Source: an uncultured Candidatus Saccharibacteria bacterium
GTDB lineage: Bacteria; Patescibacteriota; Minisyncoccia; Phycocordibacterales; PALSA-1337
Assembly (NCBI GenBank): GCA_964600335.1
Contig: CAZRJE010000001.1
Location: forward strand, 1 to 25,389
Length of the DNA stretch: 25,389 bases
Direction of reading: 5' to 3'
The notes beneath the pieces are model-generated. The model did no database searches. It saw only the letters and a list, made by a program, of their open reading frames with translations, and was not told the DNA's origin. A program made the translations under genes and the position numbers. Every line of letters starts with the position of its first letter. The stretch's first letter is position 1. Shown one piece after another: positions 7,972-15,291 of the stretch.

Positions 7972-8702
7972 TATTCAAAAATAATTCAATGGAAAAACTA
8001 TTAACAATCGAAAACATCAAAGTTCACTACGGTGGAGTAAAGGCACTAGACGGTGCTTCGGTGTATATAGATGAGGGAGAAGTAGTGGCACTCATGGGTC
8101 CAAACGGTGCCGGCAAGTCAACCGTTCTCAAAGCTATATTTGGTCTCGCTCCTATAGAATCCGGAAAGTTATATTGGGAGGGCCATGAATATAAACCGAT
8201 ATCATATGAAGTGGTAAAAAGGGGAATATCTTTTGTACCCCAAGGCAGGAGAGTATTCAAGCATCTTACGGTACTTGAAAATCTGGAAATAGGTGGAATG
8301 GACGTCGATAGAAATATAAGAAAAGAGAGAATAGACAATGTATTACAATTATTTCCTGCTCTAAAGCAAAAGATAAAAGAAAGATCGGGCACTTTGTCGG
8401 GAGGACAACAGCAGATGTTAGCTATAGCACGCGGACTTATGACGGATCCAAAGATATTGTTGTTAGATGAACCGTCGCTTGGACTTTCACCGAAAATAGT
8501 AAAGGAAGTTTTTTCACTGATCAAAGAAATCAATGAAAGACGAAATATGGCGATCGTGGTAGTAGAACACAATATAAAATCATTGATTGAAATATCCGAC
8601 AGGGTTTATATATTAGATAAAGGAAAAGTAGTTGCAGAAGGTGAACCGAAGACACTCGTCACTTCAGAAATAATGGAGAAAGTATTTCTAGGAAAAGCCT
8701 AG
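7968..8702 (+). CDS. livF: Branched-chain amino acid ABC transporter ATPase
   Basis: GPNGAGKST, FVPQGRRVF, LTVLENLEIG, LSGGQQQMLAIARGL, LLLDEPSLGLSP, VEHN; ATGA overlap with livG. Confidence 0.92.
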   Translation: MIFKNNSMEKLLTIENIKVHYGGVKALDGASVYIDEGEVVALMGPNGAGKSTVLKAIFGLAPIESGKLYWEGHEYKPISYEVVKRGISFVPQGRRVFKHLTVLENLEIGGMDVDRNIRKERIDNVLQLFPALKQKIKERSGTLSGGQQQMLAIARGLMTDPKILLLDEPSLGLSPKIVKEVFSLIKEINERRNMAIVVVEHNIKSLIEISDRVYILDKGKVVAEGEPKTLVTSEIMEKVFLGKA

Positions 8703-8706
8703 TTTA

Positions 8707-8755
8707 ATTCTAGGTTTCTCATTCTAGGTTGGTCCTCTAGGACCAACCTAGAATT
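8707..8755. repeat. Perfect 16-bp inverted repeat plus upstream direct copy of its arm; possible terminator or protein-binding site
   Basis: ATTCTAGGTTGGTCCT (8721-8736), CT, AGGACCAACCTAGAAT (8739-8754); ATTCTAGGTT is also present at 8707-8716. Confidence 0.85.
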
Positions 8756-8798
8756 TATAAAAAACTTAACTCTTATTTATATATTCTTTATCCATTGC

Positions 8799-8807
8799 TG
8801 GTATATT
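8799..8807 (+). promoter_or_regulatory. Extended -10 promoter in leaderless geometry for the pilus operon
   Basis: TGG-TATATT-ttctta-ATG (ATG 8814). Confidence 0.55.
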
Positions 8808-8813
8808 TTCTTA

Positions 8814-9917
8814 ATGCAATTATTTGATGAAAATACACGAGCGGTATACATGATAGATCGAATTTTAGAAAAGGCAGTCTCATGCCGTGCCTCCGATGTG
8901 CATCTCGATATCAATCGAGAGCATATTTACTTAAGATTTCGTATAGACGGCATTATGGAATACATAGGTCATATTTCAAATAGTATTTATTCCGAATTAT
9001 ACTCACGATTTAAAATACTTGCAGGATTGAGAACAGATATACATACAGAGCCTCAGGATGGTCGATATGAAGTAAAGATATTCGATAGATCCTACAATAT
9101 TCGTATATCGTTTATGCCTACATATTATGGTGAGAGTGTCGTACTTAGATTATTACCATTTCGGGAAGATAAATCTTACACATTCGAAGATATAGGTCTA
9201 AATACACTTCATATACAGTCAATAATATCAAATTTAACAAAAACTTCAGGTATTATACTGATTACAGGTCCGACTGGTTCTGGCAAGACTACCACTCTCA
9301 ATATTTGTTTAAAGATTAAGTCTCAAGAACCAATATCTGTAATATCTCTAGAAGATCCAATAGAATATGAAGTCAAAGGTGTGAGACAGGTTAATGTTAG
9401 ACAAAATTCAGGATTTACTTTTGCGAGGGCATTGAAAGCCTGTTTGAGACAAGATCCAGACGTCATAATGGTTGGAGAGATAAGAGATAGAGAAACAGCT
9501 GAGATAGCTATTCATACAGCGCTCACGGGTCATCTCGTATTGTCTACTTTACACGCTGGCAGAGCAAATCAGGTTTTGGAAAGACTCTACGGTATGGGAA
9601 TAGAAAAATATCTCATATTGGAAACCCTAAATCTCATAATCGCTCAAAGATTAGTGAGAAAAGTCTGTAGTATTTGCAAAATGATCAACATAGAAAGATG
9701 CGAGTCATGTCGACATACGGGATATGATGGCAGGACTATCATTGCAGAGATAATCGATATTACAAAGCTAAGAAAAGAGAAAAATATGCGCACGCTCGAA
9801 GTATTTGATATAGACGATTATATTCAGAGTTCAGAATATATTTCTCTCGAGAAAGATGCAAAGGAAAAAATCTCTAAAGGAATTACAACACTATTGGAAA
9901 TGAAAAGAGTTTTATGA
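8814..9917 (+). CDS. Type IV pilus / T2SS assembly ATPase (PilB/GspE/ComGA family), short form
   Basis: 367 aa; RASDVHLD...RFRIDG, PQDGR, Walker A GPTGSGKTTT, Asp box EDPIEY, LRQDPDVIMVGEIRD, His box TGHLVLSTLHA, CxxC...CxxC. Confidence 0.93.
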   Translation: MQLFDENTRAVYMIDRILEKAVSCRASDVHLDINREHIYLRFRIDGIMEYIGHISNSIYSELYSRFKILAGLRTDIHTEPQDGRYEVKIFDRSYNIRISFMPTYYGESVVLRLLPFREDKSYTFEDIGLNTLHIQSIISNLTKTSGIILITGPTGSGKTTTLNICLKIKSQEPISVISLEDPIEYEVKGVRQVNVRQNSGFTFARALKACLRQDPDVIMVGEIRDRETAEIAIHTALTGHLVLSTLHAGRANQVLERLYGMGIEKYLILETLNLIIAQRLVRKVCSICKMINIERCESCRHTGYDGRTIIAEIIDITKLRKEKNMRTLEVFDIDDYIQSSEYISLEKDAKEKISKGITTLLEMKRVL

Positions 9918-10966
9918 TTTCAAAAAGAGATAAATTATCAAAAAAATCGAGTCTAATTATGCTTGAAAAACTTACATTTTATTTAGATTCACACATGCCA
10001 CTTGATGTGGCGCTAAGATCGAGTATAGATACAAACAATTCAAAAGACAAAATCATCTCAAAAAATATACTCTATATGATTGAATCAGGAGGGTCGATTT
10101 CAAGTGCTTTGAATAAATATACGAGATTGCCTCTGGCTTTTATTACTATGATAAGAGGCGGTGAAAAGTCTCAAAATATGAACAAATCGATATCAACAGT
10201 GATTGAGTCCATAAATAGACAAGATGATTTAAAGAAAAAGATAATATCGTCCATGACATATCCTGCCATCATCGGGTTATTTGCACTGCTTATGACTATA
10301 GGTTTAGTGCGAGGTATATTGCCACAAATAATACCCATGCTAAAAGGTCTCAATATTAAACTACCTTTTTTGACTCGCACGGTTATATTTGTCTCAGATT
10401 TCATATCAAGATATGGTCTTATTATCTTTGGATTTGCCATCATTATTATTACAGCGCTTATTATTACAAACAAAAAGTCAAAGAAATTTAGATATATATT
10501 ACACAAAAATACTTTGAGAATACCGATACTTGGTCGTATATTGATTCTTTATGATTTGGCATTTATCGGGATTTCATTTTCATCAATGTTAGAGTCCGGT
10601 ATTTCATTGGTTGATTCGTATAGTGAAATAATCTCAATTTCAAGAAATGAATTTATTAGTAGATCATTGGCACAGTATAAAGAGGAAATAAACAATGGAG
10701 TAAGTGTATCAGTGATATTGACTCGCTTCAGTTTTTTTCCAGTGGACATGATTTCACTCATAAATGCTGGAGAAAAATCAGGAAAGATATCTTATGCATG
10801 GAAGAGATGTTCCGAATCTTTCAATAGTGAACTCGATCATTTATTAAAGAGATTTACATCTCTCATTGAGCCTACGCTTATGATTACTATGGGTATTGTC
10901 ATTGGTTCAATTGCTTTATCAATCATGCTACCAATATATGAAATGTCAAAAAGTTTACAAAAATAG
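9914..10966 (+). CDS. Type IV pilus / T2SS inner-membrane platform protein (PilC/GspF/ComGB family)
   Basis: 350 aa; KKIISSMTYP, LPFLTR, RIPILGR, MISLINAGEKSG, LIEPTL..MGIVIG..ALSIMLPIY; three hydrophobic segments; ATGA overlap with the ATPase. Confidence 0.93.
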   Translation: MISKRDKLSKKSSLIMLEKLTFYLDSHMPLDVALRSSIDTNNSKDKIISKNILYMIESGGSISSALNKYTRLPLAFITMIRGGEKSQNMNKSISTVIESINRQDDLKKKIISSMTYPAIIGLFALLMTIGLVRGILPQIIPMLKGLNIKLPFLTRTVIFVSDFISRYGLIIFGFAIIIITALIITNKKSKKFRYILHKNTLRIPILGRILILYDLAFIGISFSSMLESGISLVDSYSEIISISRNEFISRSLAQYKEEINNGVSVSVILTRFSFFPVDMISLINAGEKSGKISYAWKRCSESFNSELDHLLKRFTSLIEPTLMITMGIVIGSIALSIMLPIYEMSKSLQK

Positions 10967-12434
10967 TGGCACCATACTCGTAGAAATACTTATTTCATTG
11001 TTTATTGTCACTTCATTTATCATGATTGGTTCTTCTACTGTAAACATGAGCATAACTAGATTTGAGTATATAAAGGCAAAAAAGATATTGCTGGATCGAT
11101 TTAACACTGAGATTAGTAACCTGGTACCTCTAGAAGAAAATACAAGATACGAGAAAACAATTTTTGATAATACACTCAAAACAAATATCAATATTGTTTA
11201 TTCATGGAGAAAATATCTCAATATTGGAAAGGAAATAGATTTTTGGCTTAGTGCTTCGACAAGTCAATATTCTAGAATAGATCTGTTTTTTGCTCGTATA
11301 GTAAATAGTGAAGATATATCTGTTGATACAAAACATGTATATGATTCATGCTCAATCGATATGACTAGAAATGAGAAAATTGGCGATTATGCTTTTTGGC
11401 AAAATCAGAATCCATATATATCAAGGCCAAAAGATAAGCTCGATATTCGAGATTATAAGATAAAGACCTCAATAAAAAATCTCAATGTTCATAATAATCT
11501 TTATCCAACGAGCATGTATATATCAAGCTCAACGTTATATATTTCAGAAGATTCAAATGTTATTTCAGATCCAGATTTGTATATATTTGATATAAACGGT
11601 ACGAATCTCAATGTATTGAAAAGTATAAATACTGGTCCAGGAATCGCTGAATTTCAGGTGGATCGCGATCATATATATGTAGCAAATAGGAGTACGACTC
11701 AACAATTGCAGATTCTGGATATTTCAAATGGTAATTTGAGTATAATTGCAAAATACCGATTGCCACTTTTGAGTACTACTACAGAACCAACACTTGGAAG
11801 TACGATTACAAAATTCAGAGATTATGTTTTTTTGGGTACTGAGAAGTGGGATGGAAATGAAATAAATATATTTGATGTTCATGATATTTCAAATCCAATT
11901 CTCATTTCAGGTATCGAAATCGGTAGTAAAGTCAGTGATATGAGTATAGTCCAAAACAGTCTATATGTTGTCAGTTCTCAGAATCATCAATTTCAAGAAT
12001 ATGATATTGCTAATATTTTTAATCCAAGATTGATCCGAGAATATTATTATGATGGCAGTGAAAGACAAGACGGCAAAATATTAAGTCTATTTGAAAATTC
12101 AATATTTATCGGTCGTACAAATGGAGGATTTAATATAAATTATCAATATGAACTATATTATTACAGAGACTATATCAATCGCGATTTCTCCCAAATATAT
12201 CGAGATATTCCAGGCGGAGTCTATGGAATATTGAGTGATAGACAAAGGATATATATGATAACAAAAAAGTCTGGAAATGAGTTTGAAATATTTGATAAAG
12301 AACTCTCTACTACTACGATGAAGATTGATCTTCCAATAAGTCCAAGAAAGATGATCTGTTTTAAAAATAATTTCTATATTTTAGGAGAACAGAGTCCTTT
12401 TGTATATGAATTAAATATAGAAAGAAATGAATAA
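10938..12434 (+). CDS. Pilin-like protein (class III signal peptide) fused to LVIVD-repeat / beta-propeller domain (498 aa; start moved to ATG 10938)
   Basis: MKCQKVYKNSG|TILVEILISLFIVTSFIMIG (E at +5, hydrophobic helix). C-terminal repeats: IYVANRSTTQQLQILDIS, YVFLGTEKWDGNEINIFDVHDISNPILIS, LYVVSSQNHQFQEYDIANIFNPRLI. Confidence 0.8.
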   Translation: MKCQKVYKNSGTILVEILISLFIVTSFIMIGSSTVNMSITRFEYIKAKKILLDRFNTEISNLVPLEENTRYEKTIFDNTLKTNINIVYSWRKYLNIGKEIDFWLSASTSQYSRIDLFFARIVNSEDISVDTKHVYDSCSIDMTRNEKIGDYAFWQNQNPYISRPKDKLDIRDYKIKTSIKNLNVHNNLYPTSMYISSSTLYISEDSNVISDPDLYIFDINGTNLNVLKSINTGPGIAEFQVDRDHIYVANRSTTQQLQILDISNGNLSIIAKYRLPLLSTTTEPTLGSTITKFRDYVFLGTEKWDGNEINIFDVHDISNPILISGIEIGSKVSDMSIVQNSLYVVSSQNHQFQEYDIANIFNPRLIREYYYDGSERQDGKILSLFENSIFIGRTNGGFNINYQYELYYYRDYINRDFSQIYRDIPGGVYGILSDRQRIYMITKKSGNEFEIFDKELSTTTMKIDLPISPRKMICFKNNFYILGEQSPFVYELNIERNE

Positions 12435-12582
12435 ATCACAGATAAAAGCTTTTACTTTGATTGAAATTCTAATATACATATCGTTACTTGCGTTTATCGT
12501 CATATCAATTTTTCCTCACATACTTTATCAAGATAAACAAAATGCTCAATTATTAAATAAGACGATAGAACTATATGAATAG
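12427..12582 (+). CDS. 51-aa mini-pilin, PilW-like position (not in ORF track)
   Basis: Hand translation: MNKSQIKA|FTLIEILIYISLLAFIVISIFPHILYQDKQNAQLLNKTIELYE*. FTLIE N-methylation motif; 8-nt ATGAATAA/ATGAATAG overlaps with both neighbours. Confidence 0.85.
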   Translation: MNKSQIKAFTLIEILIYISLLAFIVISIFPHILYQDKQNAQLLNKTIELYE

Positions 12583-12790
12583 ACAAGGATTTGTATCATT
12601 TATCGCGATAAACATAATAGTATTCGTATCTATTTTTTATATGGTACTTGTCTCATTGATATTGGGTTCTCACTATGATCTTATAAATTTGAAAGAATAT
12701 AGAATACAGAGAAATTTAAATAATAGTGCGAGAGACGATCTAACTTCCAGGTTTAAGATTGACCAATCTTTCTTTGTAGATTTAAATTAA
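12575..12790 (+). CDS. 71-aa PilX/GspK-like minor pilin lacking Glu5
   Basis: MNRQG|FVSFIAINIIVFVSIFYMVLVSLILG: basic leader, G|F cleavage site, hydrophobic helix, no E at +5, follows two other minor pilins. Confidence 0.65.
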   Translation: MNRQGFVSFIAINIIVFVSIFYMVLVSLILGSHYDLINLKEYRIQRNLNNSARDDLTSRFKIDQSFFVDLN

Positions 12791-12872
12791 TTTATGAATA
12801 TTTGATCTCAATTTTAAATTAAATTTATAACACTAAGCTACCATATTCATATTATTAATAATTAAAATACAT

Positions 12873-13421
12873 ATGAATATGACAAAATTGAGAGATAGTG
12901 TTCGTGATAGAGTGAAACCTATAAAGATAAAGAAGAATCATATTAAGGTCGAAAGACGAGCAAAGAAATCCGGATTTACTTTGATTGAAGTCCTAGTTGT
13001 GATAGGTATTATTGCAATTTTAGCTACCGTCGTCCTTGTTGCTGTAAATCCATCAAGACAATTTAAACTTGCTCGTGATACTGAGAGAACCAGTCATGTA
13101 AATACAATTTTAAATGCCATAGGCCAAAATATCACCGAGCATAAAGGTATATTTACTTGCGAAAATAATCCGAAGACGCTTCCAAATTCACCGACAGTCA
13201 TAAAATCTAGTGATGAAAATCATTCCGGAGCGGGAGATATAGCCCACTGCCTCATTCCGGACTATATATCTTCTATTCCGGTCGATCCAAATAAGACAGG
13301 AGCTCACTTTGCCTCACTTACTGATTATGATACTCAATATGAAATATCTGTAGATTCAAATGGTCGTATTACGGCAAGTTCATCCGGAGAAATTAGTCCT
13401 CTTATAAGTGTGACACGCTGA
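12873..13421 (+). CDS. Type IV pilin, probable major pilin
   Basis: KKSG|FTLIEVLVVIGIIAILATVVLVAVNPSRQFKLARDTER; two Cys in the globular part; long basic leader. Confidence 0.92.
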   Translation: MNMTKLRDSVRDRVKPIKIKKNHIKVERRAKKSGFTLIEVLVVIGIIAILATVVLVAVNPSRQFKLARDTERTSHVNTILNAIGQNITEHKGIFTCENNPKTLPNSPTVIKSSDENHSGAGDIAHCLIPDYISSIPVDPNKTGAHFASLTDYDTQYEISVDSNGRITASSSGEISPLISVTR

Positions 13422-13427
13422 TAATAT

Positions 13428-13483
13428 TGTGAATATATAGAACGTATACAGCCAAAAGATGTATAACGTTCTATATATTCACA
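13428..13483. terminator. Long hairpin just after the pilin stop (terminator or mRNA-stabilising stem)
   Basis: TGTGAATATATAGAACGT (13428-13445) is the exact reverse complement of 13466-13483; inner ATACA/TGTAT pairs with a 1-nt bulge; 9-nt loop; no classic U-tract. Confidence 0.65.
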
Positions 13484-13490
13484 TTGTAGT

Positions 13491-14537
13491 TTGTCTATCC
13501 TGTTATATTATATATGGGTGAGACCGAACAATATAAAGACAATAGCTTCAGTTACTACAATATGTTTCTTATTTATATTATTAGCATTTCTTCATTCTCT
13601 TACAAAGAACAGTTCGATATCCAAAAGATCACAAGTTATAAATAATTCTCTATATAAAGTTACAAATAGGAATATTGCAGACAATATTCCGGGTAATACT
13701 AATGATTCCCCCGTAACAATTGATGCGAGTTTCTTTGAAAAATTAGCAAATGTATTTCCGATGAATGATGAGAAGACAGAGCAAAGTGAGATTCAAGATT
13801 TGAAATCAAAAGTTACGGCGATTGCTTATATTGTTGGAAATCTGAAGACGGGAGAAATATATCTTGAAAAAAGAGCTGACCTTTCTCTACCAGTTGCTTC
13901 TATGTCAAAATTATTGACTGCTTCAGTGGCTATGGATTTGTTGCCAAGAAATACAATCACTCAAATTGATGAAAATACTATAAAGACAGTTCCAAACAAT
14001 AAGGATGATTTTAAACCAGGAGAACGCTTTGCTACTGAGGAACTCATACCACTTATGCTTGTAAGTTCTTCAAATATTGCCGCTGAAGCTATCGCATCTA
14101 CTACATATATGAATAGGGAAGAATTCGTACACAATATGTCCGCATATTCATGGGAAGTCGGAGTAAGATCGAGTTATTTTTCAGATCCATCTGGAATTAG
14201 TGAGTTCAATCGTGTATCTGCTCGCGATATATTCTCTTTATCTAAATATCTATATGAGAGAAAACCTGAGATCTTGAATATCACAAAGATAGCAAAAGGG
14301 TTTATAGAAAGGAACAATCTTCATGATAGTCATGTCTTTATAAGTACTCACCCGTATGTATCTGATAAGAGATTTTTAGGAGGAAAGACGGGTACTACTA
14401 TTGCAGCAGGAGAGACGATGCTCACGGTTTTATCGATCAAGGGAGAACCAATATCATTTGTAGTATTACATTCAAAAGCAGGAAATAGAAAAAATGATAC
14501 CGATATATTGATTAAGCTTGTATCGAATAGATTCTGA
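13491..14537 (+). CDS. D-alanyl-D-alanine carboxypeptidase (peptidase S11), membrane-anchored; start uncertain (TTG 13491 or GTG 13518)
   Basis: Serine-PBP motifs SxxK (ASMSK), SxN (SSSN), KTG (GGKTGTT); FSDPSGI; N-terminal hydrophobic helix; no long C-terminal domain. Confidence 0.88.
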   Translation: MSILLYYIWVRPNNIKTIASVTTICFLFILLAFLHSLTKNSSISKRSQVINNSLYKVTNRNIADNIPGNTNDSPVTIDASFFEKLANVFPMNDEKTEQSEIQDLKSKVTAIAYIVGNLKTGEIYLEKRADLSLPVASMSKLLTASVAMDLLPRNTITQIDENTIKTVPNNKDDFKPGERFATEELIPLMLVSSSNIAAEAIASTTYMNREEFVHNMSAYSWEVGVRSSYFSDPSGISEFNRVSARDIFSLSKYLYERKPEILNITKIAKGFIERNNLHDSHVFISTHPYVSDKRFLGGKTGTTIAAGETMLTVLSIKGEPISFVVLHSKAGNRKNDTDILIKLVSNRF

Positions 14538-15291
14538 GCCACTCTTTGATAATCTCTTTCACATCTTGTGGACCACTTACTGCAATACAATCTATACCTG
14601 TAGCTTTTGCAGCATAATCATTTCCGCCATAATATAGAGCGTCGCCTATAAATACCATATTTTCAATAGATATACCTGTATATTTTTCTAGTTTTCTGAT
14701 TCCAAATCCTTTATTTACACCTTTTTTTGTAACATCGATTGAGGATATACCACCAAATCTAACATCGAAAAGAGGTAAATCATTTTTGAGTGATTGTACT
14801 ATTGGTTCACGCAAAGTTCTATCAGGATCCCACTTTGATTTCAATTCAAGTGGCGCTTTTTGGCCTAGACCAGAAAAGGTAATCTGTGATCCCCGATCTT
14901 CCAGTACTTGGCCAAATACTTGAGACGGTTCTTTGTAATTTGTTTTTTTAAAAGCATTATTAAAAGCTTCAAAGATGATATCCTTTTCTTTCTGGGTAAA
15001 ATTTTCTGCATATTTTTCAGTCCATGTGCCGTTCCATACGTACATTCTAGTACCTGAAGTTGGGAGAATTGTGAGATTTGTTAGATTTGATATGTGCGAG
15101 AGTTTACTCAAAAATTGATTCAAGAATTGATTGAAACTTCCTCCAGAAATAACCACAACTTTTTTTACTTTCAATAATTTTCCCAAGAGATCTGCCATCT
15201 CAGAATCAAGATCCGACTTTGATTCGGTTAGGGTTTGATCGAGATCAAATATGACAATTTCTTTTGATTTTATATCTATATTATTTGTCAT
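14512..15291 (-). CDS. HAD-superfamily subclass IIB hydrolase, phosphomannomutase-like
   Basis: FDLDQTL (DxD), ISGG, RGSQITFSGLGQ, WDPD, GGISSIDV, KGVNKGFG, FIGDALYYGGNDY resemble eukaryote-type PMM; mannose gene context. Confidence 0.8.
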   Translation of the reverse strand: MTNNIDIKSKEIVIFDLDQTLTESKSDLDSEMADLLGKLLKVKKVVVISGGSFNQFLNQFLSKLSHISNLTNLTILPTSGTRMYVWNGTWTEKYAENFTQKEKDIIFEAFNNAFKKTNYKEPSQVFGQVLEDRGSQITFSGLGQKAPLELKSKWDPDRTLREPIVQSLKNDLPLFDVRFGGISSIDVTKKGVNKGFGIRKLEKYTGISIENMVFIGDALYYGGNDYAAKATGIDCIAVSGPQDVKEIIKEWLRIYSIQA

